Shown: positions 12,713 to 24,633 of the stretch, in pieces
Position numbering within the stretch: position 1 is the first letter of the stretch
Layout of the letters: each line of letters starts with the position of its first letter
NCBI RefSeq assembly: GCF_001949145.1
Contig: NW_019091361.1
Span: forward strand, 3,497,854 to 3,561,853
Direction: 5' to 3'
Source of the DNA: Acanthaster planci
Lineage: Eukaryota
Length of the DNA stretch: 64,000 bases
The notes under the pieces: model-generated
Databases searched by the model: none
What the model saw: only the letters and a program-made list of their open reading frames with translations
Told to the model about the DNA's origin: nothing
Translations under genes and position numbers: made by a program

Positions 12713-15700
12713 CTGAAAGAAAAAGCGACTCCCCCACATCCTGCTGGATATGCCACCAGGGTCCAATCAAATTTGGCAATATTGTTTTGAGTGGACCATT
12801 TGCCTCGACCCCCTCCCCAAGCCCTTTGCAAATGGCCGAAGGCAGCTAAGTAGATCACGTGATTCTGATCACGAATGCAAAACTATACAGTTCAGATATC
12901 AGACGCTCTGTCGTGTAGTCTAAGGTGTTTACGGACAGATTTGGAAGAAAACCAATTTTGCACAAACATTTTGTTTTAAAATTGTATCTGATTCTAATCA
13001 GTATGTCAACCCGGTGATGATAATGAAGGGGAATTGGCGGGCGAGTTCCCACTCTGTCCGTGACCTGTGTTCTTTCCCTCTTTGAAATAGATCACAACGT
13101 GAGGCCCTCCTTACTTTCAACACTTTTGAATGCATCTGTGTTTCTCATAAGCTCAAATGCTCATTCCAACTTCGTTTGTCCATCACACCTTTGATGCTCA
13201 ACAGACCAAACCATTTCACAGTTGCAGGAGACTGTAATACCAGTAAATTGGTAATTAAAAGCACATCAACCGTGTAGGAATAAGAGTGTTATTCTTCCTC
13301 ACGGCATGCACCAACCAACAACTTGGGACACATTTCATGTGTGGCGCCAGCACCTCTAGATAAACAGTTGCCTTCAGAGGAACTCGCCTCAAGAGCTGAG
13401 AAGGTGAAAAGGTGTGAAGCTCAAGAAATCTTTGTGTGACAGATTTTCACTTCGGCTGATGTACGACATTCTAATCATAGGACATATGCTTGCCTGGTGA
13501 TTATGTTATGGAAATCCTGTCTAAGTTGGAAAGCACAATACATTGTGTTTTGTAGTATGCTGTAAGGGAAACAAAGTAGTGTTTGCATCCCTGTGGGTTG
13601 AAGTTCCTTTAGACTTCTCATGGGATGCTCAAGCTTTGGCTTCTGGCAGTAATGACATCACCCACTTCCTCCCTTAATACACCTGCGCTAGAAAGATTAA
13701 GAAACTTTTCCGGAGATACATGTCATGCACATGTAAACCTTCTCCCTATATGCGAGGTTGAATTGACTGCTTACACAAAATAACGGTTTGACGTGAAGAG
13801 ATTTGTTCTCATTTTTAGTGTGTCATCAGGTCACAAAATGGCAGTAGAATCATCACTCTAAACTGAACTGTTCATTCTAGATCTGTGGCGAAAACAGTGC
13901 CAACACCATGAAGACATGGAGTTGTGATGTTGTGTTTTTCAGATAATTGTCTTGTTCGTCACCGCCATTTCCCGCCATTACTGTAATCTCATCCCAGCCT
14001 GAGCAGTGACAATTTACTTTCTTGTCAGACTACACTTGGCACATTCTTTGAATGAACAACACACACACTCGTGTGACATGTCATTGACGGTTCTCAATCG
14101 GCGTCCCCCCTTTGAGGGGTGAATCCCTACGACCGTGAAATCCTATTATGTAGATCCTCCGTTAGTGGCCCAGGCTGCTCTCCCTGTTTCGTTTAGGCAG
14201 TCTTGTAAATTCTAATCTGCTCTCCCAAATCCACCCTTTGTTGTGCGGGCCAATGTTGCTGGACGTCTGTGTTAGATTTGTATTTTCTGGAGTATGCTGT
14301 TGGTTTCAAAACCTCTTGGAGATCTTTTGGTGGATTGCTGGGATGCGTCTTACAAACACATCCAATGAATTCATTTGACATACTCCACCGACATATACTT
14401 GTAATGCATATGTGTATAACTACTTTCATGCCAGCGGAACAAGATTGACTATTTTTTTCTCAAATATTCCTTGACTTTTTTCACTTTGGGGGATCTATAC
14501 GTGGCTCACATTTTATTCTTTTCGCATTATCCATTTTCTTTGAGCAGAAACAGTGATATTTGAATAAAAGCTGTGGGATTTTTGAGCCATGTGTCGAGTA
14601 CCTGGCTGAGTATCTGGCGTTTACTACAATGCTTGAGCGCTGTAGCGCTCACAAAAGACATGTCGCCTTTTGTGTTAATTGAGCGAATGAATTAGGCGTG
14701 CCCTGGATTTGTCGGCGGACGCCTTAACAATGAAAAGCTCTTCCTGCTTTCAAGTTTTGTGTCACCTTTTTTTCCAATCGCTAAATAGAATTACACAATC
14801 GTAACTGAATTATTGTCCGGTCTGCAATCCAGAGTATTTGGCGGGTTGTTTTACTAAGGCTTACTTCGCACAATAATGAACACCAGCGGCAGCTTTTACC
14901 TAGCTGAAGTGGAGGTAATCCGACAACAGCTTCTCACTTGGAGGTGTCAGTTAAAGGCGGGTAATGCCAAGACGATTAACGCCTAACATCAACAACCAAC
15001 TGTAGTAGGTTTTCAGTTGGACCTCCATGATAGCTCCTTGTGTCTGCATTTGCACACAATTGTGCCGTACTCTGTATTCTCGACATCAGAAAAGAATTAC
15101 CGCCAACAGACTTGGAAGATGAAGAAAAATTAATCCACTACGCATGCAAGTAAAGAAAAACTGTCAAGTGATCATTGTCAGTCACCAAAGTAACACCTAA
15201 ATCATATAGAAAACAATGTGAACACTGTTTAGCACTTGTTCATTGTGTGAAGAGGCATGGACGGAACTAGGTTATTTACAGTTCTAAAGCTTGTATTCTC
15301 CTGCATTTCCCTTTTCAAAAATATCACAAGCGAACAAAGAACTGAGACAATAAACATGCACATCGCATGTGCTGCCAGTAGAATGCACAGCGAAGCAATA
15401 TCCATACGCCAGGTGGGGCCTATGTAAATTGGGGAAGTACAACAACCACACCATTGTTCAAATTTTGTGTTGTCTGCACTGTAATTGCAGACAGTAAAAT
15501 ACAAAACGTGCGGCGTACGGCCAGACGCCTGCCTTGTTATTTTTGTTCTGAAGTGATCATTTGTTGGTGAGTCTTCTTTTGCTTCGAACAAATAGATACT
15601 CCGTTTTGAAAGTGCTCTTTTATGCGTCTCGAAACAGCTCGCCGACGAACAAAGTGCGCCCATCATTCAGAGAGTGTGAAACCTCCTGTGGCTAAATACG

Positions 15701-16111
15701 TTTTGCGCAATCATCGCGACACCCAATTATTGATCTTTGTGGGCCAAACAAAAAAATGGCCTAAAATATGGGTGACCAGAGCGAAGGATAAATAGAGGGC
15801 TGCATATATCTGCCAGGAAAGAGGGTGTTTTCAAGAGCACGGCTGAACAAGTTCTGTACCTCTACTCTCATAAATTTTCCACACTTTTCTTCAATCCTCT
15901 ATAGGCCTACAGAAATAATATTTTCATTATGTGTGTTTCATCAAAAAGGCAGCACCTCGATGGTTCTTGTTAATTTTTGGGTGTTTTAACCCCCTGCTAA
16001 ATTGTCAATAATTATTGATATTTCGAGATGTATAACTCGATGAGATAATTTTCATCAAATTAACAGGTACACTATATACATGTAAGAGGCTTCGTATTTC
16101 GACTTGAGACT

Positions 16112-16355
16112 TCACAAGTGCATTATAGGATCTTTACAGCTCCACACACCACGCATGTAACTCGGTGATGAGGACGCACGGGGGCTTGGTTCAGTATTAA
16201 TGGGGGCATTGCAGGGCAATAAATGTCGTTGGAAAACGAACTGGATTTGTACAGTTAGAAGAGCGCAGGCGCAGATTGAGACCACTATTGACGCCTTGTG
16301 GGAACATTTCAAGGTGGTGCCGGGTTCATCATCATTGTAATAACTAGTCATGTTC
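16112..16355 (-). CDS. Candidate exon 3 of the IGFBP-domain gene, with a hydrophobic segment
   Basis: tgtgtcag| acceptor in the required phase 2; 80 open codons NMTSYYNDDEPGTTLKCSHKASIVVSICACALLTVQIQFVF... to a stop; true 3' boundary unknown. Confidence 0.35.
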
Positions 16356-16665
16356 CTGACACAAACTCAGGAGAGGGCAGTGACTTCCGGAAACGCAAGA
16401 TACGATACGTTATTTTGTGTACCAACTGGGCTGTTACTGTTGTTAGACAAAAAGTATGTTTCATTCCATCCATCAATGCTTGAATAAAAAGTTGAAAAGA
16501 GCAGATTTTAAGGCATTGTACACAGAAAATACAACTTTAATGCAAACAGACTTGGCAGATTTCACTCATCTTGACGAAACAGCTCGTCAAAGTGACAAGA
16601 CATGGACCATGCTATCTCATCACTCAGCTGAAAAATTCCAGTAATGAAAAGGGGAAAATTCTTAC

Positions 16666-16813
16666 ACTGCGGAGCATATAGCCTTCCTGTCGTTTGCGCA
16701 GAACTCGGGTGTGCACTTGGGTCTACACTGCACCTGTTCCAACTGACCCTGGTCACTGATGGCGAGGGAAGGGTCAACGGGCGGTAGACCGGGCTGGGAA
16801 CGCTCCAGGGGAA
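16666..16813 (-). CDS. IGFBP-domain gene, coding exon 2 (Pro-rich linker and 4-Cys motif)
   Basis: tctgcag|...|gtaaga; phase 1 start matches exon 1; IPLERSQPGLPPVDPSLAISDQGQLEQVQCRPKCTPEFCANDRKAICSAV; GC-rich island within an AT-rich intron. Confidence 0.8.
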
Positions 16814-19800
16814 CTGCAGAAGATGTCACAACCAAACCATGGCAATTAATTACTAATATTTCTTCAATTAAGGTGAATTATGTACAAATAGTCGAGTTAT
16901 TGAACGCCCAAAGATAGCTTACCCGACCATTTGACAAACAAGTCTATGCATGAGCAATCTTCTTGTCCCGCATTTCAGCGATTCATCCTGTACCCCGCGA
17001 TTAGATACCGGTAGGCCTACAAGTTTGGCAAAATTGCCCAATTTTTTTCAAACGGCATACCCCTTTACAAGATTGCAGAGGTTTCAATTGGGGAAGCGGC
17101 TCGTTCGATAGATATATAAGATCTAAGGGTTGTACTATGTACGAAGATGTTTACATTGTGTAACAGTAATGTTCTAAGAGCAAAAAGGTGCTTCCAACGT
17201 AATTTGCCGGATATTTGGGGTATGGAGTCATTCTCGAATCATGGGCAACCGAGGCTGTGAGCAATAAACTTGCGTAAAGGAATCGATGGAAAGGGGACCT
17301 TGTTGTCCCTGAACCACGTCTACCATGTACGAACCCTAATGTTACCTTGACCTCGGTCTGTACATTCATGCATTCATTGTGTGGGGTATCTAGGTTCCGT
17401 GAACGTCTACAGTCTGGATTTCAATTTCTTAAGCTGTGCTCGGTCGAATCCATGTTAAATGGGAAACATGTTTCAGTGTTTATATTAATTTCTGCGACTT
17501 TGGGGCTTTGATGTATCTTCCTCTCATTTTGTTACAAAGACCATCAGTGGCCTGGCTAGAAGTACATGTATCTTTTTTGTTTCAGGCGACAGACAGTCCC
17601 CTCTTCGGTGTTTAAAATGCAGTTTTAAAACGATTGTTCATAAATTGTTCCCCCAAATTACAACAGCGATTAAGAGTCTTCGACACGGTTTAACTCCGGT
17701 TCCAATAGCCTAATACCGTGTAGGGCCTAGCGAAACTCACATAAATGCTTTAGCCCCAAGTATACAGACACATTGTATTTTGTATTATTATGGGCCTACT
17801 TGAAAAATTTCTTCTACGAAAAATGAAGTTCATGAACCGACTTTATGAGCTGTTATGCTTATACAGTACATTGCCTTTTGTTTCCATAAAGCGTGCGTGA
17901 CTGTGGAACAGGAAAGTGAAGTTTCCTCCAATTAGACGGAACGGGGTTCTGTTCTGCCTCTCCCGCGCCCTTAAAGACGAACCGTGGAATCCTGCTACCA
18001 GCGTTTCGCGTCGAGATCGTTACACTCACCACAGGTCACCCAATTGAAAAAAATACCTGCCTAATTTTATTTGAAGCTATTTTAAATATAGCCTCGCAAG
18101 CTGAGATCATCTTGGGAGTTGGTGGGGAAGTTCACCCGTAGACCTGTATTTACGGTCTGTACCGTACAATACTGCAGTGCAGCTCGTATTCGAGTAAAGG
18201 GCCTTTGTCATGTCCAGATTGCTTTATATTTTCCATTTCGTTGGATTTTCTCGTAATTAAGAGAACAGGCTATTAAATTCATAACTTTCTTTTGTATTGC
18301 GAAAAAAGTCATGTAATATTTTCTATTACTATACAATCTCATGAGGTATGTATAGGCCTAGGCTTATATCAAGGTGCTACGTGTACCTACGTTAATTTGT
18401 GCATTTAACCAGACACCAGTCAGTACGCAACCGTAAATGGTGAACATGGTTAACTGTCTGTCATGACAGCAGGTCAAATATTTGGTATGGTGTGAAAAGA
18501 CGAGTATATGTAGGCCTAATATATAAAGTTTCTCCGTAGGCCTACATTTCAAACTTTTCGAATGGACATATTTACAAGAATGAATTTATTTGTTTAATCA
18601 AGGTGCTGAATTTGCCATCCAAACAAAGTATCAAAGATTGGGTTCACTGAAATCGAGCAGTGGTTAGATTATTGAAGGGGAGATGGTTCAGTCTATCATG
18701 AAGACAACACTTGACACTCTCGAAATGGGATGCAGCTGGTCATCTGGGAAGACGACTTGGAATTGATGCAAATATTTACTGCAAAACTGGTGGAACCCTC
18801 ATTTCGCCCGAAGCAAGAAAGTCAGAAAGGGAAGCAAAACTTGTAGCACGCCGTAGAAAGCAGGACTAATATATTATTTCCTTTTGACTTTGCGGTGGAA
18901 GAGTGGTGTTTGTTTAACCTTTCCAAGTAAACCTTATTGTAACCAGTGTATGTTTTCGCTACCACTGCCCTGAATTCGTCTTGAATTTTTTTTTAAATGT
19001 CACAATCGGTCCTTCCCGTTTTACCTGGAAAACGCGACGCGTGTCTCCATAGTTCAACTCAAAGACAATTTTTTTGTAAAACATTATGTGCACAGACCAC
19101 AATTTAAGATACCAGTGGCTACAAGCCTGTTTTTACCTTTTCCTTTATAACCATCATTTGGGAAAACTGGTCTTATTTAGTAGTCTATGGGAAATTCATC
19201 TCTCGTTTTAAGACGACACGGAGGCAAGTGTCTTTTTCTCAAAGTGAATTTGCAGAAAAACTCTTGCTCAAGCACTTTCTTTGAATTTTCATGAAAAAAA
19301 TAAAGCAGAAAATCAGCGTGTTTTTCGTGTTTTTTTGGGGGGTAGGCTTTTTAAAATCAATACATTTATGTCTGATTTTGGAAGAAAACGCATCACAGTT
19401 TCCCATTTTTCCTCCCCTTTTTCTTGTGCTTACTTAACCCCCCCCGCCGCAGGCTGTGTTATCTCATCCGCTTTCAACATTAATTGTCAAACAAGCCACC
19501 AGCGCCCTGTAATTCTCTCTTGATGATGCGTTGATGGTAGCTTGGCGGGGGAAATTCCGCCAAGCTAACGTCTTCACCTGGTAGTGTCATCTTGTTAATC
19601 AGTTTGTCATTTCGATGTTTGTCAATTAAAAAAAACTTATATACTCAGGTATTAAAATTAAAAGGCATAACCTTTTCGTGGTAAAATGGTGAAAAATATG
19701 TCCGAATAAAGAATGTCTTAGTTGACTTTAAGTAGGCCTATAGACGGGAGAAGAAGAACATTTGATGAAGGAAGGTTTATACTCTGCGATTGTCATTAGA

Positions 19801-20889
19801 ACTATAATGATATTTGTTCGACAGCTGTTTCGAAACTAAAGGTCCATTACTTCTGTGTATTTTACGGAGTAACATAGGGATTCATTTTCACTGCAGAAGT
19901 CACCAACTGCAATTTTAGTTGTAAAAACACCCATAATTCAATCAAGTGATCTCTTCAGAATACAGTGTAAATCTATCCCCCAAATATTACGGCAGGGTAC
20001 CATTGGGCACGGTTGTTGGTGAAGGTGGTTTCGAACTGTTAACACCCATATTGGCTTACATGCTTTTAATATCTGCGTCGGGCGGCGTTCCCCGCGAGAC
20101 CTAAATTCTGCCATTTGACAGAAGAACCTCGTAACCTTGGACTTCAAAGAGAATGAGGGACAGTGAGGGAAAAAAATGACTACGCGGAATGCCAAGTATT
20201 CTCGTTACGAGTTTGGAACCGTGGAAATAATAATAAAAATGTCGAAGTTCTGTCGCTCATCAAAGAGAGAATCGAGAAGAATGCGTGCCAGTACGTTGCC
20301 ACAACAACCACTTTAATACAAAAATTCCGAGAGAGCCTTGGAGTGTGATTCTGTGCGAATTTTAAAAAGTGTTTAGTAATTGAGACTGGATCCTTGGAGC
20401 TGCATACCGCTCTCCCGTTGTTCAAAAGATCTGGAATAGTTGACGGTCACGTAATGTGTTGGCATTTCGAAATATGAGCTTTAGGAAAAATGTTGAAAAT
20501 GTTGCGTTGGCGTGACGTCGGTGAAACAAAGCAAATGTACCGCCCCTCAAATAGACGCGAAGAATTCATTTGATGTGATTAATTCAGATATTATACCCAA
20601 ATTGGAAAATTATTCTGGCAATCATCGGCGGGCCAGAGAAAAGGGTTATGTTCTATACCAATCAACATTTTGTGACGATGATTAAACGGGTTCGTGTATA
20701 CACAATAAGCTATTATTAATGACGCTATAGGCTAATAACATTACGAAGTAATTGGAGATGATTGTTTATGACTCAAGGTTCAATCGAAACTGTGTCATCT
20801 TGGGTTTTTGTTTATAGAGTCTTTCGGGTTAGTTGGTTCTATTAGAAATGCTAAAGGATTGGGGAAAATATAAAACTGGATTCACGTAC

Positions 20890-21394
20890 TTGGCTTGCAG
20901 ATGCCTTTTCTTTGGTCACGAGGTACGTCAGTTTGTACCCCCAGCATGACATCTTGGACGCACTCCAATCCCGCATCACAGCTTCCCAGGTAATTCCACT
21001 TGCCGCCGCACAGTTCGTCCTCCACCTTGAGGCAGCGTGGACAACAGCCGCAGATCCCCGCGCCGATACCCCCTTTGCAATTCAGCTTGGAGGGTTTCCT
21101 GGGATTGCAGTGGAGCTGTTCGCAGGGCGGGCAGCGGAGTTGTTCTACCTCCCTCCCTTTCCTCTCCCTGTCCCGGCTCGTTCCCCCTTGCCGGCGGCGA
21201 CTCCCCCGGTCCCGTCCCTTCTCGGGCCCGTCGCGTCGCTGCTCGCGGTCTTTGCCCCGGTCCGAGTTGCCCCTCTTGCTGTTCTTGTCTCGGGGCTTGT
21301 TTCGATTCTTCCCGGCTTCGGTCGGAACAATGGCCACCGTGCCGATCAGCCACACCAGAATGCAGATGGTTGTTACAATCCCCGCCAAATCCAT
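20890..21394 (-). CDS. Secreted IGFBP N-terminal-domain protein (CRIM1/IGFBP-related-like), coding exon 1
   Basis: Signal peptide MDLAGIVTTICILVWLIGTVAIVPTEA, then an Arg/Lys/Asp-rich linker, then a 12-Cys IGFBP domain (CPPC...GICGCCPRC...CGG..NYLGSCDAGLEC...GIC). Donor a|gtacgt, phase 1. GC- and CpG-rich. Confidence 0.9.
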
Positions 21395-21889
21395 AGCAAC
21401 AGAAGTTCACGGTGTTTTCAAGAAAAAAAATTGTTCAAATAAAACTCCAAAGAACAGTCATAGGTTCTTCTCAGGATACAGCGAGGAATCTAGATTGGGC
21501 TTCTCGACTGCAAAGAAGTAAAATGTGATTTGGATGAAATCACGTTTACTTCTCTATTTTGGCTCAAGCCTGGGCCTTGCGTTTCGCAACCAGTGGGCGA
21601 GGTTCAGTGCTCACCGTCAGCCACCACTTCTCCTCAGTTTTTCTTCCTGAATTGAGTCGGCAGACCGTTGCCAGGCTGCCGATCCAGTGGTCTCGGCCGA
21701 GACTCGTCAAAAGTTTCCCTCCCTGGAATTGACGATTCCCAGAGCGCCAATGAAAAGCCCGGGAGCGATCATCACCGACCAATATCAGAGGTGTGAAAAC
21801 CTGAAATTAAATACTTTCGCTGCTGGACGAGAGGTTCCGCACCACTGACGACCATTGCGATGGAGTTACTGATGGCCCTGTCGAAACAA

Positions 21890-22290
21890 CGCTACGTGTT
21901 TTACTCGCATTATAAAATCTAACACTTCACCATGTAGCACGTGGCTGGTTGGCCCAAGGCGGCACAAATTTGAACTCCTTTCACACGTGACTGCATTTTC
22001 ATATTCACTTCAGTCTCTCCCTAAGTCACTCTTTCTTCCGCTCTGCAGTAATTTCCGGATATCCACGGCTAAACATACAATGAATAGAGAGTCCACGCCT
22101 AAAGAATCGTCCACCGTACCAAGCTTATGTTTACCCAGGACTGAATGAATGGCAGGGCCGCTTTGACGTCACTCATCCTTTAGCCAATGGAACAGCGCGT
22201 AAACTCACCGGCAGAGTTATTAATACATGTATTAGGTAGATTACTATTGGGCGTCTCTTAATTCTGGCAGTGACTCTTGTCCAATACAAA
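21890..22290 (-). promoter_or_regulatory. Putative promoter region of the IGFBP-domain gene
   Basis: CpG-rich DNA upstream of the ATG with a perfect CRE palindrome TGACGTCA (about 22164), an adjacent AGCCAAT (about 22182) and two CACGTG E-boxes (about 21938 and 21984). Confidence 0.4.
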
Positions 22291-24076
22291 TCCTTTGTTA
22301 AAACTGTTCACTCCCCCATCGATAGCAGTGATAGTCACTAACGTGGAATCAGCGACAGAGCTCAACTAGTAATCGGAGATTTGGCGAATGAACTGTTCTT
22401 AACTGATGATTAGCCTGCCTTTCGTTTGTCCGATCTTAGTAATACCACCTCATCTCTCCTTTTTTTTCTCGGTTTAGATGCAATCCCAGGAACCCTCGAG
22501 CGCCGACAAAAAAAAAACAGTTCGGAAGAAGACACGGACGCGGAGTCTCAAGCCAGTTCGCCTTTATATTGCTTAGTCACTTTTGCAGGGAACTACAGAG
22601 TGAGGGCGGACTTCATTGATGCAATCGGGCTAAGGTCATTGCACTCTCACATAGAGAGAAAAAAAAAGAAATATTTTAACAACGCCTTTTTGAATAGCTT
22701 AGCAAACCCTTTGGTGGAAATCAATGTGATAAAACATAAAATTGGAAGAAAATGGACAGTAAATGGCCTGAAACTTTGGTTCAGACCAGTGGCGTGGTCC
22801 TTCGGGGAAGTGGGATGCTACGGAAGCGTATTCCTGCCAACGCGAAAAAATGATTTTTATCTCGTTTAAACGACATAGTGCTCTTTTAAACGAGACATCT
22901 GCATTTATGTCTTTTACATGAGATACCTAGTCGTGTAAACGAGATGAATCGTTTAAACAAGATAAAGTGGTTTTTTTTTCGTCCGTAGGATGCGACCATT
23001 TTAACAGTTACGAAATATAAAAGCGACGTCTCTTCTTGGCTGCATGGTACTAGCACCCCAGCCCACTCCACTTTGAAATTAATGGTGCGGCCGACAAAAT
23101 GGTCCACCTGACAGCACAGTCGAGACAAGATATATCATTTGGGAACTGCTCTCCCGAATTGCTCAAACTTTAGCAAAATGACAAGTTTGGAGTATGTATC
23201 TCTTGTCGCCAAGGTCCGCTCCTTTCTCTCATCCATCTTGTGTATGTTTTTGAGTGATGGATCATACAGCAGATGAGCTCCGGGTACAAAAACACAGAAA
23301 CCAAGGAGACGCGGCGCCAACGCAAGTTTCCGCTCATTTTATTTAAACAGAAATTGTATGAAGGGGGTTCGAGTGAAGCAGTTGCCGTACAACAGATCTC
23401 TAGATCTTCATCCAGTGACGCAAACAGAAGTGGTACAGATTGAGTGCCCTGCTGTGGCAAAGTGAAAGGAGACAAGACAGACACGAGAGATGGGAGTACG
23501 TCATCAGGGAAATGTATGAGCATGAACCTTGTCAAGTCTCATGGGACAGTGAAGAAGCTTGTCGTTATAGTGCATTGTGAAATATGCGAGTTGAAAATAT
23601 GTTCAACTTTTACTAGATATTTTATATTACTTACCTTGACGTCAAAAATGCAAGTCCAAACCGGTGTACCATGAAATTTGGCCTGCGTTAAATTCGGTCT
23701 GTTCTTGTTCATCTATTAGCAAGTTCGTTATTTTAAAGCGCCAAGGTCATTCAGGAACAAAGTACGCGTGAGCCAATTTATATATATGGCTGCGCTGATG
23801 GGACAGATTATTGCTTGTGCGCCTAGCTGTTGCCAAGTAGCCTTGTACTGAGCATGCACTGTTTCAATACCGAGCTGGCTCATTGGACCCAAAACCCATT
23901 GGGCCAGTTTGTTTCACACAGATTTGAATCTCGACCCCGTCGCTAGTTCGCTCCATCCATTTTTGGGGTCTTTGAACCAACGACGGATCACTGATTGCGA
24001 TCCAGATCCGCGTAAACAAACTGGCCCATTTATAAATACAAACCCACTCGTCCCACGCGCGCGTTTGTCACATGAT

Positions 24077-24377
24077 AGGCCTTTTCACACTAGGCAAATC
24101 TCGGGGTTGAAGCTGGGTTGAAAACGGGTGGCGATTCACACTTGAACAATTTCAACCCTGCGTCAACCCCGAGATTAACTTCAACCCGGGCTGAAAATTG
24201 TTTGTGCTCATTTTCGGGTTGAACTCACTGTGATAAGCCTAATTCACACGAAACAAATGTGAAACAATGCTGGGATGAATGCAGGGTTGAAAATCCAATT
24301 TCAACCCAGGGTGCGGCCATGAGCTTGCCCTGGGTTGAGTTCAAACTGGGTTGACAGGCTGCAATGTGGAAAGGCCT
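24077..24377. mobile_element. MITE (about 300 bp), possibly PIF/Harbinger-like
   Basis: TIR AGGCCTTTTCACA / TGTGGAAAGGCCT; many internal GGGTTGA / TCAACCC motifs in both orientations. Confidence 0.7.
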
Positions 24378-24567
24378 TATTTTTGTTCGGTGAGCGACGC
24401 CATGTGCATTATACCACTGATTACCACTATAGATGTGGAACACTATTCTTGACACAACACCCGTACCTGCGTAAATCACTGTCTTCTGATTGGTAGATCG
24501 TTGATACATGTCATTGAATTATCCATTCTATTCTACAGGTATCATCGAATAGAGCTTGATTTCACTT

Positions 24568-24633
24568 GACTGGTTTCCGCCCCCATTTCCCCCCAGGAAG
24601 AAATAGAAAATAACGTAGGGACGGAAACCAGTC
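24568..24633. mobile_element. Tiny foldback/MITE-like element
   Basis: GACTGGTTTCCGCCCC ... GGGACGGAAACCAGTC, a 16-bp inverted repeat with one mismatch. Confidence 0.55.

Noticed and set aside
15229..15666. 145-aa minus-strand ORF containing CGCC
   Set aside because: It has no IGFBP cysteine spacing and no usable splice sites in the needed phase.
20912..21521. Long antisense and alternate-frame ORFs over the IGFBP exon
   Set aside because: Shadow ORFs of a GC-rich coding exon, with no independent motifs.
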